From: Candidatus Pyrohabitans jungbluthii
Lineage (GTDB): Archaea; Hydrothermarchaeota; Hydrothermarchaeia; Hydrothermarchaeales; BMS3B
Length of the DNA: 64,000 bases
Assembly (NCBI GenBank): GCA_002010065.2
Contig: MTMD02000008.1
Coordinates: forward strand, 192,001 to 256,000
Reading direction: 5' to 3'
Part shown: piece by piece, positions 10,357-20,797 of the stretch
Layout of the letters: each line of letters opens with the position of its first letter
Numbering within the stretch: the first letter of the stretch is position 1
Program-made: the position numbers and the translations under genes
Notes under the pieces: generated by a model
The model's input: only the letters and a program-made list of their open reading frames with translations
Databases searched by the model: none
Told to the model about the DNA's origin: nothing

Positions 10357-11411
10357 AGGGGTACAACCTCCGTCTCAAGTCGATCTGCAGTGGGATACTC
10401 CTCTACTATATAAAAGCGCAGCTCCTTTAAGTACTTTGCAAGCTCTCTTGCAATTTCCCGAGTGGTCTCCAGCCTTCGCTTTTCTTTGTCAACAGCTATT
10501 AAATGAGGTGGTATGTCAAACTCGCGCACCAGGCGCAGCCTCAGCCTCTCCAGGTCTCCATCTGCGTAAACTACGCCCTTGAGCAGAAGGCCCTCTTCTG
10601 TGACCTCCTCATAGGGCTTTGCACTCGCTAAGGCGGTGCGTAGCAGGCGCTGGCGAAGCTGCCCTGCATCTTTATAGCGGGAGGTGCAGAAGTGCACCCT
10701 CGCATCGGCGAACCTCTCCAGCCTCTCCATAGCTTTTAGCGCCGCCTCTCTGCTTCCCACAACTGCGTACGAATCCCCTCGCAGAGAGAAACCCCTCGAC
10801 CTTAAAGCCTGAGCATTTGTGTCCGAGAACTCAAGCTCATTGAGGTTGAGAAACCCTCCCAGTGAAGCAACTCTGGTTGCGATTTCGACAATCTCCTCCT
10901 CTCCATCCGGGAAGGCGGGTATCTCAACCCCAACCTCCAGCCCAATCCGCTTCGCCTTGCGGATGCTCTCCCACACCTGCGTGCGATTCTTCTGTGTGAT
11001 GTGAAACCTCAACTCGTCCAGACCAGCGCTCTTAAGCTTCTGCAGCTCGCCTTCGTCCAGGCAGGTGGCGGTGTACATGTGGATGTGAAACTCCTCACCA
11101 AACTTCGACTTTAAAAGCTGAATGTAGTGTAGAGTTCTTTCCAGCTTCAGCGCAGGATCGCCGCCAGTTATGCCAGCGCCTTCAGCTCGCATGCGAAGTG
11201 CCTCGGCGATTACCTCGGCGTCACTTTTCACAAGCCTCTCGTTAACCCAGGCAACATCTTTGCCGCGGCGCTTCTCTGAGAGAGGGCAGTAGTAGCATCC
11301 TTCGCGGCACAAGCCTGTGACGAAGAGCACAAGCTTCGCTCCCTGCATGCAAAGCTCGCAGCCTCTTGCTAGTTCGCCTATGTACGCGTTGCCTTCCCTG
11401 GTTGTTTGCAT
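10353..11411 (-). CDS. Archaeal radical SAM protein (COG2108-like)
   Basis: GCELC..GAKLVLFVTG, CxxxCxYC, ITGGDP, GLDELRFH, NLNELEFS. Confidence 0.9.
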   Translation of the reverse strand: MQTTREGNAYIGELARGCELCMQGAKLVLFVTGLCREGCYYCPLSEKRRGKDVAWVNERLVKSDAEVIAEALRMRAEGAGITGGDPALKLERTLHYIQLLKSKFGEEFHIHMYTATCLDEGELQKLKSAGLDELRFHITQKNRTQVWESIRKAKRIGLEVGVEIPAFPDGEEEIVEIATRVASLGGFLNLNELEFSDTNAQALRSRGFSLRGDSYAVVGSREAALKAMERLERFADARVHFCTSRYKDAGQLRQRLLRTALASAKPYEEVTEEGLLLKGVVYADGDLERLRLRLVREFDIPPHLIAVDKEKRRLETTREIARELAKYLKELRFYIVEEYPTADRLETEVVPL

Positions 11412-11441
11412 ACCCAGCGAGGGATGTCTAACCTCTGAAAA

Positions 11442-12407
11442 TCACCGCAGGTGGATGCACTCCCCGTAAATTATACGCCTCTGCTTGCCCGCGTCGGTTT
11501 TGAGGATGAGGGCGCCTTCCTCGTCTATCTTCACTGCTTCGCCCTCTATCGTTTCCCTGGGTGTGAGTATCCTTACCCTTTTGCCCAGAGTGGAGCACAG
11601 GTCTTCCCAGTCTATCAGCAGGCTTTGCATTCCCCCTTTAAGAAAAATCTCATATGAGCGCTCAAACTCATTGAGAAGCTCTGCCAGGAGCCGGTTCCTA
11701 TCCACATTTTTACCAAGCTCCTCAACCAGCGAAGTGGCACCGGAGCGAATCTCCTCTGGGAAACTCTGGGTGGAGTTGTTCGCGTTTATCCCTACCCCTA
11801 CCACGAGGAAGTTGAGCATGTCCAGCTCCGCCTCCACCTCAGTTAAAATTCCGCACACCTTCCTATCATGAATCAGCACATCGTTGGGCCATTTTATACT
11901 AGCGTCGACGTGGTAAAGCCTGCGCAGCGTCTTTGCAACGCCTGCACCGAAAATCAGTGTGATTTTAGGAGCTTCCTCAGGCGCTATGTTTGGCCGCAGA
12001 ATGAGGGAAAACCACAGCCCACCCCGCGGCGAGAGCCACACTCTGCCCACCCTGCCTCTGCCATGGGTCTGCTCCTCCGCTATGACAACGCTCCCCTCCT
12101 CTTCCTCTGAGCGGGCAAGCTCCTTCGCAAGGTCGTTGGTCGAAGCTACGCGTTCGTGAATGTAGAGCCTCCTACCAAATCTTCTCGCCTTAAGATACCT
12201 TCTTATCTCCGATTCTAGGAGCAGGTCAGGCATGCTCGTAAGGCGATAACCCTGTTTACCAACTTCGATTTCCACCCCCCTCGCCTTTAGCGTGCGAATC
12301 TGCTTCCATATTGCTGTCCTGCTCACCCCAAGCTTGGTTGCAAGTTCCTCGCCTGAGATATAGCTTCCCAGGCGTTGCATGAGTATGCGCAGAAGCTCCT
12401 CCCGCAT
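11442..12407 (-). CDS. birA: Bifunctional biotin protein ligase with N-terminal HTH
   Basis: ISGEELA..LGVSRTAIWK HTH, STND, GRGR, KWPND, KVCGIL; start placed at ATG 12407. Confidence 0.95.
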   Translation of the reverse strand: MREELLRILMQRLGSYISGEELATKLGVSRTAIWKQIRTLKARGVEIEVGKQGYRLTSMPDLLLESEIRRYLKARRFGRRLYIHERVASTNDLAKELARSEEEEGSVVIAEEQTHGRGRVGRVWLSPRGGLWFSLILRPNIAPEEAPKITLIFGAGVAKTLRRLYHVDASIKWPNDVLIHDRKVCGILTEVEAELDMLNFLVVGVGINANNSTQSFPEEIRSGATSLVEELGKNVDRNRLLAELLNEFERSYEIFLKGGMQSLLIDWEDLCSTLGKRVRILTPRETIEGEAVKIDEEGALILKTDAGKQRRIIYGECIHLR

Positions 12408-12445
12408 AAAAACTATTTTATCCAAGAGGTTATAAAAATGTAATT

Positions 12446-12787
12446 ATGAAGGAAAAGCTCAAAATCTTCCGCAGAGGTGAGGGGGAGAAGGAGATAAATC
12501 TTGGCTCGGGTCCAATACGTCTGCTTGTGCGCAGTCGCTTACTCGAGGGTATGGTGGTTGAGCTTGAGCCGAAAGCTGAGATACCAAAGGTCTACTCCCA
12601 CGAGGGCGAAGAGCTTAGAATAGTGCTCGAAGGCGAAATTGAGGTAGAGGTGGAAGGGAAGCGCTACCTTCTTAAGGAGGGGGACTTCATGTGGTTCGAC
12701 TCCAGCTTAAGACACAGGATAAGGAACCCCACCGATAAAAAGGCGGTGTACTTCTCTGTCAACTCGCCCCCTTCGCTTGAGTGGTAA
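12446..12787 (+). CDS. Cupin domain protein
   Basis: HEGEE..VLEG and GDFMWFDS..RH..RN cupin motifs. Confidence 0.88.
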   Translation: MKEKLKIFRRGEGEKEINLGSGPIRLLVRSRLLEGMVVELEPKAEIPKVYSHEGEELRIVLEGEIEVEVEGKRYLLKEGDFMWFDSSLRHRIRNPTDKKAVYFSVNSPPSLEW

Positions 12788-14284
12788 CTACTCCCTCTCG
12801 TACTTCTCCTCGGATTTTCTTTTTGCAGCGTCGATGTACATGCTAACCGCCGTTGCTATGGCTGCGACGCGTTTATCCTCGCGGAAAGCCTCGGCCAACC
12901 TCGCTTCGCGTGCTTCGTCCTCCTTTATTATCTCGGGTATCTTTGCGAGGATGTTCTGCTCCTCTATGAAGTTGGTAGAAAGCTCACCTCTGCGGAAAGC
13001 CTCATTGCGCATCACCGCTTTGTGGAAGGGGATGTTGGTTTTTACGCCTGTTATTATATACTCGCTAAGGGCGCGCTCCATTCTCGCAATCGCCTCTTCT
13101 CGAGTTCTTCCCCACACGACGAGTTTTGAAATCATGGAATCGTAGTAGGGCGGAATTGTGTAGCCCATCCTTATGCCAGAGTCTATTCTAACTCCAGGAC
13201 CTCCGGGGGAGCGATAGCGGGTTATTTTTCCAGGCGAAGGTGCAAAGTCGTTCAGCGGATCCTCGGCGTTAATCCTGCACTCTATTGCATGCCCAAAGAG
13301 GGGCACCTCGCTCTGCTCATATTCTATTGCCTCTCCCGCAGCTATTAGTATCTGCTCCTTAACTATGTCTATGCCGGTGGTGCGCTCTGTTATGGGGTGC
13401 TCCACCTGCAGGCGGGTGTTCATCTCAAGGAAGTAAAACTCCCCCTGGGAGTAGATGAACTCCACTGTGCCCGCGTTGGTATATTTTATGGACTCCGCGG
13501 CTTTGACCGCTAAGCCGCCGATGCGCTCTCTAAGCTCCGGCGTAACAATGGGCGAGGGGCACTCCTCAATAAGCTTCTGATGCCTGCGCTGTATAGAGCA
13601 CTCGCGCTCGTTGAGGTGAAGCGTCTTGCCGTGCTTATCAGCGAGAACCTGAAATTCTATGTGCCTGGGGCGAGAGAGGAACTTTTCAATGAAAAGCGTT
13701 GCATCACCAAAGGCGGACTTAGCCACGCTTTTCGCAGACTCTATCGCCTGCTCCAGTTCAGCCTCGCTTTTGACAACCTTCATCCCTATTCCGCCGCCGC
13801 CTGCAGAGGCCTTGAGCACAATGGGATAGCCTATCTCTTCAGCTATTGCCTTGGCTTCTTCAACATCGCGAACCTCGCCCTCGCTACCTGGCACCACAGG
13901 TACGCCCGCCTTCTTCATGGTCTTCCTTGCCTCAATCTTGCTCCCCATGAGTTCGACAGCTTTGCTCGAAGGGCCTATGAAGGTTATGCCGTGCTTTTCG
14001 CAGGCTCGCACAAATTTCGCATTCTCAGCCAGGAAGCCGTAGCCCGGGTGGATTGCATCTGCGCCGCTCTTCTCTGCCACATCTAGAATTGCGTCGATAT
14101 TCAGGTAGCTCTGGCTCGGGGGTGCAGCTCCAATCAGGTAAGCCTCGTCAGCATACTTCGCATGAAGCGCGTGCTTATCTGCTTCAGAATACACTGCTAC
14201 AGTGGGTATGCCAAGCTCCCTGCATGCGCGCATCACGCGAACTGCAATTTCTCCCCTGTTTGCAACAAGGATTTTACCGAACAT
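12788..14284 (-). CDS. pycA: Biotin carboxylase (pyruvate carboxylase subunit A / AccC type)
   Basis: [51 protein letters not shown]. Confidence 0.92.
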   Translation of the reverse strand: MFGKILVANRGEIAVRVMRACRELGIPTVAVYSEADKHALHAKYADEAYLIGAAPPSQSYLNIDAILDVAEKSGADAIHPGYGFLAENAKFVRACEKHGITFIGPSSKAVELMGSKIEARKTMKKAGVPVVPGSEGEVRDVEEAKAIAEEIGYPIVLKASAGGGGIGMKVVKSEAELEQAIESAKSVAKSAFGDATLFIEKFLSRPRHIEFQVLADKHGKTLHLNERECSIQRRHQKLIEECPSPIVTPELRERIGGLAVKAAESIKYTNAGTVEFIYSQGEFYFLEMNTRLQVEHPITERTTGIDIVKEQILIAAGEAIEYEQSEVPLFGHAIECRINAEDPLNDFAPSPGKITRYRSPGGPGVRIDSGIRMGYTIPPYYDSMISKLVVWGRTREEAIARMERALSEYIITGVKTNIPFHKAVMRNEAFRRGELSTNFIEEQNILAKIPEIIKEDEAREARLAEAFREDKRVAAIATAVSMYIDAAKRKSEEKYERE

Positions 14285-14315
14285 GATTTAGGCATCTCCT
14301 GCGCGCTTTTTATAA

Positions 14316-14753
14316 TTATCGAGGCACCCTGCGTAGCACCACCTTAACCAAAGGAAGCCCGCGCTCACAAGAAAGCTTTGCACCGGAATCTTTAATCATA
14401 ACCACGTCGCCAACTTTAAGTCCCTCGGGGGAGCAGAGCAGGTAATTCTCGCACAGCACTTTATTGCAAGCGACCGGCGAATACACTAGCTTTGCGCCGA
14501 TGAGCGCCTTCCTCGGCTCTATTCCTGCCTCAACCTCCGCCTCCTCCACCTCGACAACCACAGCCTCGCCATAGACGGCACAGGTATGGCTTTTCTTCCT
14601 TACCCCGACGACGCGGTACTTCCTCCCAGCCTCAAGGTTCTCCAAGCAGGTTTTGCTGAGCTTGCACTCTGCGCATTCTTCCGCTGCGCCGTAGTGGATA
14701 AAGAGGTATCCCTCCTTTGCAGACCTCTTATCTATAAGCGTGATCGGCATCAT
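14316..14753 (-). CDS. UPF0179 family Cys-rich archaeal protein
   Basis: ITLI..AKEGYLF, CxxC..C..NLE.GRKY, further Cys clusters; typical neighbour of egsA. Confidence 0.82.
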   Translation of the reverse strand: MMPITLIDKRSAKEGYLFIHYGAAEECAECKLSKTCLENLEAGRKYRVVGVRKKSHTCAVYGEAVVVEVEEAEVEAGIEPRKALIGAKLVYSPVACNKVLCENYLLCSPEGLKVGDVVMIKDSGAKLSCERGLPLVKVVLRRVPR

Positions 14754-15793
14754 ATTACCCCTGTTACCTTTGCAACCTTCTCTGCCTTATCTCTACTCAG
14801 ATTCACGTGCTCAAGGATGGTGTAGCGGTGCGGGCGTATTTCGCGCGCCTTCACAAGCGCCTCAACCACCTCTCTCCTGCTCACCCCTAGCTCCTCTGCG
14901 CATGTGGGTGCACCTATTTCGCTGAGCGCGCTGCGTATGCGCTGCCAGTCGCCGCCATGGAGGTACATCATCATTATTGTTCCCACTCCACACTGCTCGC
15001 CGTGGAGCGCGGGCTTCTCGGCTATCATATCCAGAGCGTGGCTGAACTTGTGCTCAGAACCAGAGCCAGGGCGGGAGCTGCCAGCGATGCTCATAGCTAC
15101 GCCGCAGGATATGAGCGCCTTCACAACCTTGCGGATACCCTCGCGGGAGCTGCGAATCTCCCCGGCGGAGCGCATAACTATTTTTGCGCTCATCCTAGAT
15201 AAGGCGATTGAATACTCGCTTATCTCCTCGCCAGTAACACGGTGGGCAAGCTCCCAGTCACGCGTCGCCGTGAACTTTGAAATCACGTCCCCACATCCGC
15301 TGGCGGTAAGGCGATAGGGTGCTGAGTCTATAATCTCTATATCTGCAAGCACACCAAGCGGCGCAATTGCTTCCTTTGAGACTGTGCCATTCTTGTCCTT
15401 TATAGAGGCACGAGAGCTTGCGACTCCATCATGGCTCGCCGCTGTCGGCACACTCAAAAACTCCACACCAAGCCTCTTTGCTACCAGCTTGGCTACGTCT
15501 ATCACCTTGCCTCCTCCCACACCCACAAGGAATTCTGCGCCTAAGCTGCGTGCTGCCTCAAGCGCTTCCTCGACAGCTTCAAAGCTCGCCTCCCTCAGCC
15601 CGAAAACCTCAACCTCATGCTCCTCCCCCAGGATTTCCGCAGCGCGCGCCCCCGCAACCTTTGCAGTGGCGCTTCCTGTAAGAAGAAGGCAGCGGTTCCC
15701 GAGCTTTAACTGCGCCACCAGTTGATTAAGCTTGCCCAGCACGCCTTCACCCACGAGCACAGCTCTCGGAAGCTGCATCAGCTTGGTGCGCAT
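14750..15793 (-). CDS. egsA: sn-Glycerol-1-phosphate dehydrogenase
   Basis: GGGKVIDVAK, PTAASHDG, SSRPGSGSEHKFSH, HGEQCG. Confidence 0.96.
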   Translation of the reverse strand: MRTKLMQLPRAVLVGEGVLGKLNQLVAQLKLGNRCLLLTGSATAKVAGARAAEILGEEHEVEVFGLREASFEAVEEALEAARSLGAEFLVGVGGGKVIDVAKLVAKRLGVEFLSVPTAASHDGVASSRASIKDKNGTVSKEAIAPLGVLADIEIIDSAPYRLTASGCGDVISKFTATRDWELAHRVTGEEISEYSIALSRMSAKIVMRSAGEIRSSREGIRKVVKALISCGVAMSIAGSSRPGSGSEHKFSHALDMIAEKPALHGEQCGVGTIMMMYLHGGDWQRIRSALSEIGAPTCAEELGVSRREVVEALVKAREIRPHRYTILEHVNLSRDKAEKVAKVTGVI

Positions 15794-15830
15794 AAAAAAT
15801 AGAAGAGATTTCAAAGATTATATAACTTTG

Positions 15831-16199
15831 CTATTTCTGGAGTAGCGATTCAATTGTGCGAAACAGCTTCGCCATGTTTATCGGCTTGTCAACATGTGCA
15901 TCTGCCCCTGCTTCCCTGCTCTCCTCCTTGGTCTCCGGCTCTACCATCACTGTAAGTATTATCACCGGGATGTCCTTAAGCGTGGGATCTGACTTGATAA
16001 CCCTGCACGCCTCTATTCCAGACATCCCCGGCATCATGAGGTCGAGGATGATAAGGTCTGGTCTATCGCCAGAGCGAAGCTTTTCTATGGCCTCCTCCGC
16101 ACTCTCATAGAGGTCCACCTCGTACCCTCGCTTATTCAGGATTTTTGAGAGTATAGCCCTTATATCTGGCTCGTCGTCCACAACCATTATCCTCGCCAT
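15831..16199 (-). CDS. Single-domain response regulator (receiver)
   Basis: VVDDE, LDLMMPGMSG (phospho-Asp), ILT, KP. Confidence 0.93.
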   Translation of the reverse strand: MARIMVVDDEPDIRAILSKILNKRGYEVDLYESAEEAIEKLRSGDRPDLIILDLMMPGMSGIEACRVIKSDPTLKDIPVIILTVMVEPETKEESREAGADAHVDKPINMAKLFRTIESLLQK

Positions 16200-16200
16200 A

Positions 16201-17562
16201 CTACTCACCCTTTGGTAATTTTGTCCAGAAGATGCTTCCCCTGGGAACGTTGTCCTCTACGCCTACTTCACCACCGTGCAGCTCTGCCACGCGTTTGGCT
16301 ATCGCCAGCCCCAAACCTGAGCCTTTCACACCACCTCTACCTCCTCTGCTGAACCTGTCAAATATTGTTACCTTCTGCTCCTCCGGTACACCAGGCCCAT
16401 AGTCTGCGAAGCTTATCTTCCAGTAGTCTCCTTCTTCCTCTGCGGAAATCATCACCTTCTGTCCTTGCCTAGCGTATTTAATGGCATTGCTGAGGAAGTT
16501 CCCGAAGATTTCCTCAACTATTGGGTTAGCCTTTACCGGCAGACTTCTGTCGATTCTGTTTTCTACGCTCATGCCAGCTTCGCTGAGCATTGGTTTGAAC
16601 TCCTGTACCACGTCAGAGATAACCTCAGCAAGATCCATCTCCACTTTTTTGATTTTCTCCATGCTGGCGAGCTTTGAAAACTTTGTGGCATTCTCTATCA
16701 CTTCAATAATCCTCCCTGCATTCCTGCGGATTGCCATTATTGTTTCTGAGTCTATTCCATCGCCCTGAGCCTGCTCAGCGTACCCCTTTATTATACTTGC
16801 ATAGTTCATGAGGTCATGATGAAGGATATCTATAAAAAGGTCTTTAAGCTCGTTGCTTTGCTTCAATTTCTCTGCATAATCCCTTAGTTTCTCCTCTGTC
16901 CTCTTCAGCGGGGTTATGTCTGAAAGAGTCGCAATTGTGACTGTGATATCTCCTTTATCATCGAAAATCGGAGATATACTGACGAGTACGTCTTTTATTT
17001 TTCCATTCACATCTGAAATCTCTGTTTCAAGGGTAAATGGAACACTTTGTGGTTTGTATATCGCCTGCATGAACTGCCGAGAGCACTCCTCACCACAGTA
17101 ATTCGTAATCGGTGTGCCGATTATATCATCGACGCTTGATCCAAAGAGCTCAGCCGCCTTGGAATTAGCATAGATTATACGCCCCTCCCTGTCGAGGGTT
17201 ATCACGCTCTCATTCATCATTTCCACCAGAGTTCTGTATTTCTTCTCAGACTCCACCAAGGCTCTCTCTGCTTTTGCCTTGCTTTTAAAGTAATCTGAAA
17301 TATAAAGCACACCAGCTATCATGAGTACTGAAATTACAAGTGCCACAAGCTCTGGCAGCACGCCTGTAAAAATCTCCCCGGCACCGTAGTAAAGGGCAAG
17401 GAGGGAGATGAGCCTCCTTAATCCCATGAAAAGAAAGGCGATGCTCAGAAGAAGCCATCCTCTTGATTTTGTGACCCCCACCAGGTGAAAAGCAATGTAT
17501 GCAGCAATAAACTGGAGTAAGGCTGAGAGAGACAATATACTCGCAGTTAAACTATCGACCAT
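16201..17562 (-). CDS. Membrane PAS-domain sensor histidine kinase
   Basis: Three N-terminal TM segments, PAS/PAC, HHDL H-box, NFLSNAIKY N-box, DYGPGV, GSGLGL G-box. Confidence 0.93.
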   Translation of the reverse strand: MVDSLTASILSLSALLQFIAAYIAFHLVGVTKSRGWLLLSIAFLFMGLRRLISLLALYYGAGEIFTGVLPELVALVISVLMIAGVLYISDYFKSKAKAERALVESEKKYRTLVEMMNESVITLDREGRIIYANSKAAELFGSSVDDIIGTPITNYCGEECSRQFMQAIYKPQSVPFTLETEISDVNGKIKDVLVSISPIFDDKGDITVTIATLSDITPLKRTEEKLRDYAEKLKQSNELKDLFIDILHHDLMNYASIIKGYAEQAQGDGIDSETIMAIRRNAGRIIEVIENATKFSKLASMEKIKKVEMDLAEVISDVVQEFKPMLSEAGMSVENRIDRSLPVKANPIVEEIFGNFLSNAIKYARQGQKVMISAEEEGDYWKISFADYGPGVPEEQKVTIFDRFSRGGRGGVKGSGLGLAIAKRVAELHGGEVGVEDNVPRGSIFWTKLPKGE

Positions 17563-17677
17563 TCATTCCCCTCTTTTTAATTTCAGAGACTTGAAGCTAC
17601 TATTATATCTGTACACACAAATATTTATATCATTGGGATGATTTTGTGGTGCATCTCAGTAGCTAAAAGGTGAAAAC

Positions 17678-18442
17678 ATGGCTGTTTATACACCCCTCGA
17701 CTACGCGAAGAGTTTTGTCATTCTCATAACCATCCTGTGGCTCCTGAGAAGGTACCTTTTTACTAGAATCGCCCTGGACAGGGAGTTCATGCTGGCTTTG
17801 ATCCCGCCCATAGTGTTGGCGATAACCATTCGCCTTCTCGTAGACGCGGGCGTTTATGAAAAGTCCCAGTGGTGGAGTGTGACCCCGGGCATCTACGTGC
17901 TTGGCGTTGTCTATGGCTCGATGCTTGTTGGGGTAGGTTTGCTCGTGCAGGAGAGGTATGGAATAAGGTACTGGAAGGTTGTACTCGTCCTTGGCGCTGC
18001 CACAATACCCTATTTTCTACTAAAGCTCATCGCTGAAATGACATCTCCGCTAAGGTTCTTTTATCCTGTCGCCCTGGCGGCGTCGCTTACGCTTGTGGTT
18101 GGAGGTATCGCAAGGGTTGCTAGCGTGGACTTTCTTCGCACCCCTGACAACCTAGGCATAATCTTCGCTCACCTCTTAGATGCCAGTGGGACCTTCATAG
18201 GCATAGACTACTTCCACTTCAGTGAGGAACACATTCTGCCAGAGATTTTCATCAACCTCGCTGGCACCGCTGCGGTCATGATACCCCTGAAGCTGGTTGT
18301 TGTTGGGACAGCGCTCTACCTCCTTGAGAAGTGGAGGCAGGAGGAGGGTGAGGATGTTTACTACCGGATCATCAAGATAACCATGTTCATCCTTGGTCTG
18401 GGACCAGGAACAAGAAACTCCCTCCTCCTGACTTTGGTTTAG
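17678..18442 (+). CDS. DUF63-family archaeal membrane protein
   Basis: RLLVDAG, VTPGIY, AHLLDASGTFIG, EEHILP, LGLGPGTRN. Confidence 0.85.
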   Translation: MAVYTPLDYAKSFVILITILWLLRRYLFTRIALDREFMLALIPPIVLAITIRLLVDAGVYEKSQWWSVTPGIYVLGVVYGSMLVGVGLLVQERYGIRYWKVVLVLGAATIPYFLLKLIAEMTSPLRFFYPVALAASLTLVVGGIARVASVDFLRTPDNLGIIFAHLLDASGTFIGIDYFHFSEEHILPEIFINLAGTAAVMIPLKLVVVGTALYLLEKWRQEEGEDVYYRIIKITMFILGLGPGTRNSLLLTLV

Positions 18443-18497
18443 TTTTAAAAGCCTCCACTGAAAAATATAAATAGGGACTGGGGGATAATTAAATGCA

Positions 18498-19211
18498 ATG
18501 GGCATCCAGAGGGTCAGAACCTTTGTGCATGGCTTGGACGAGAAGATGGAGGGGGGAATTCCAAAGGGAAGCGTAAACCTCATCTGTGGTACCGCTGGCA
18601 CAATGAAGTCTTCCCTTGCGTACAGCATCCTTTACCACAACGCACTGAGTGCAGGAATACCGGGGCTTTACGTAACCCTGGAGCAGGACCCCAGGAGCCT
18701 GCTTATCCACATGGAAAAGCTGAACATGGCTAAGGAGGGCGCCGTTGACATAGTGAGCTTCAATGACATTAAAGAAAAGGTCAAAGAGAGAAGGGTGGAA
18801 AACTGGATTCAGAAGCTATCTGGCTTCCTCAAGGAGATGAAGGATGAGAAGAAGTATGAGCTTCTGGTGATCGACTCGCTGAACGCGCTCTACTCCCTCA
18901 CCACCATAAAAGACGTTCGAGCGGAGATATACTTCTTCTTCAAGTCCCTCAGCGACCTGGGCTTTACCTCCTTCCTGATCTCCGAGATGCCCCCTGAGGG
19001 CGGACGATACGGCGAGTACGGCGTTGAAGAGTTTCTCAGCGATGGCATAATCCACCTGCTCTTTCAGCGCAGAGGAGGCATACTAACCTCGCTGGAGCGC
19101 TACATAGGCATAGTGAAGATGCGCGCCACAAACCACGACACTCACTACTTCCCTCTGTTATACCAGAACGACAGGTTCACCATCTATACCAAAGAAGACC
19201 TTGAGCTGTGA
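18498..19211 (+). CDS. KaiC/RAD55-like RecA-fold ATPase
   Basis: GLD...GGIP, Walker A GTAGTMKS, VIDSL, EEFLSDGII, KMRAT.H. Confidence 0.9.
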   Translation: MGIQRVRTFVHGLDEKMEGGIPKGSVNLICGTAGTMKSSLAYSILYHNALSAGIPGLYVTLEQDPRSLLIHMEKLNMAKEGAVDIVSFNDIKEKVKERRVENWIQKLSGFLKEMKDEKKYELLVIDSLNALYSLTTIKDVRAEIYFFFKSLSDLGFTSFLISEMPPEGGRYGEYGVEEFLSDGIIHLLFQRRGGILTSLERYIGIVKMRATNHDTHYFPLLYQNDRFTIYTKEDLEL

Positions 19212-19320
19212 TTGCAGACGTTAATAACCAAAAGACTTAAAAACCTGCAGGTGGTTACTACTTTCGAAACTTTTATATTGCTGCTCTGCGAGCTTTTAAA
19301 CTCCAATTTCGGTGATAGTT

Positions 19321-19599
19321 ATGAAGATGCCAAAGGAGAAGCGAACCTACTGCCCGAGTTGCAAGAGGCACACAGTGCATGAGGTGCTGAAGGTTAAGAA
19401 GCGTAAGGCGAGCGAGCTTAAAGCTGGGCAAAGGCAGTTCCGCAGAGTTTTGGCTGGCTATGGTGGATTCCCCCGCCCCTTGCCGAGCGGCTCAAAGCCC
19501 ACGAAGCGCGTAGCGCTTATACTGAGGTGCAAAGAGTGCAAGAAGGCGCACAGCATGAAGGGCTTCAGGGTTAAAAAGCTGGAGATGGAGGCGGTATAG
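19321..19599 (+). CDS. rpl44e: 50S ribosomal protein L44e (eL42)
   Basis: [26 protein letters not shown]. Confidence 0.96.
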   Translation: MKMPKEKRTYCPSCKRHTVHEVLKVKKRKASELKAGQRQFRRVLAGYGGFPRPLPSGSKPTKRVALILRCKECKKAHSMKGFRVKKLEMEAV

Positions 19600-19796
19600 T
19601 GGCGGAGGATGACAAGCTTATTCCAAAGCCTCGCTCTCGTTTCCTGCGCGTTAAGTGCGACGACTGTAGCAATGAACAGGTAATATTCGGCTCCGCATCC
19701 TCAAAGGTTGTCTGCCTGGTGTGTGGCAAAACGCTTGCGGAGCCCACTGGTGGTAAGGTTAGAGTTCTCACCAAGATAATCTCTGTGCTGGAGTGA
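19599..19796 (+). CDS. rps27e: 30S ribosomal protein S27e
   Basis: [28 protein letters not shown]. Confidence 0.96.
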   Translation: MAEDDKLIPKPRSRFLRVKCDDCSNEQVIFGSASSKVVCLVCGKTLAEPTGGKVRVLTKIISVLE

Positions 19797-20611
19797 AGAA
19801 CTTGGTTCTGAAACGTGAGCCCTTTCCGAGCGAAGGCGACCTGGTGGTTTGCACCGTAACTAAGGTTTACCCTCATGGAGCCTTCGCCAGGTTAGATGAG
19901 TACAGGGATAGAGAGGGCTATATACATATCTCGGAGGTAGCCTCCACCTGGATAAAGAACATCCGGGATTTTGTGAAGGAGGGGCAGAAGACAGTAGCCA
20001 AGGTTTTAGCTGTCGACCGCAAGAAGGGGCACATAGATTTATCGCTTCGCCGCGTTAGCGACGCCGCCAAGAAGAAGAAAATGCAGGAGTGGAAGCGCGC
20101 CCAGAAGGCTGAGAAGCTCCTGGAAATGGCGGCGACGCAGCTTGGTAAGAGTCTCGAGCAGGCGTACCACGAAGTTGGCTTTGTGCTCGAGGAGGAGTTC
20201 GGCGAAATTTACGGTGCCTTTGAGGAAATCTCCGCTCTGGGCGAGGAGGCGCTTAAGGGAATAAAGATACCCAAGGAGTGGGTGAAGCCGCTGGTAAAGC
20301 TGGCGCAGGAGAACGTCTCCATACCCAAGGTTAAGATTGACGGCTACGTTGACCTGCGCTCTCGCGCGCCCAATGGGGTTGAGATAATACGGGAAGCGCT
20401 CATCTCAGCCAAAAAGCTTGATCACGGCGATGATGTCAGCCTGGACATAAGCTATGTAGGCTCACCTAGGTATCGCATCACCGTCGTAGCGTACGACTAC
20501 AAAACCGCAGAAGAGGTGCTGAGGAAGACAGCTCAGCACGCGATAGACATCGTAACCCAGAAGGGTGGAGAAGGCAAATTTTACAGGGAAATAAAAGAGG
20601 AAAAGTCGTAG
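19793..20611 (+). CDS. eif2a: Translation initiation factor aIF2 alpha
   Basis: S1 domain with [23 protein letters not shown]. Confidence 0.96.
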   Translation: MKNLVLKREPFPSEGDLVVCTVTKVYPHGAFARLDEYRDREGYIHISEVASTWIKNIRDFVKEGQKTVAKVLAVDRKKGHIDLSLRRVSDAAKKKKMQEWKRAQKAEKLLEMAATQLGKSLEQAYHEVGFVLEEEFGEIYGAFEEISALGEEALKGIKIPKEWVKPLVKLAQENVSIPKVKIDGYVDLRSRAPNGVEIIREALISAKKLDHGDDVSLDISYVGSPRYRITVVAYDYKTAEEVLRKTAQHAIDIVTQKGGEGKFYREIKEEKS

Positions 20612-20797
20612 ATGAACCGACTTAGAGTGTGCAAGAAGTGCAGGGTTTACACCCTGAAGGACACCTGCAAGGTATGCGGTGAGCCTACGGTTTCTCCCCA
20701 CCCACCGAGATTTTCACCTCAGGACCCGTACGGGGAGTACAGGAGAAAGCTCAAGAGGGAAATTATGAAGGAAGAGGGGAAGGAGTATGCAGTTTGA
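20612..20797 (+). CDS. nop10: H/ACA RNP protein Nop10
   Basis: CxxC.VYTLK..C..CG, HPPRFSPQDPYG.YRR. Confidence 0.95.
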   Translation: MNRLRVCKKCRVYTLKDTCKVCGEPTVSPHPPRFSPQDPYGEYRRKLKREIMKEEGKEYAV

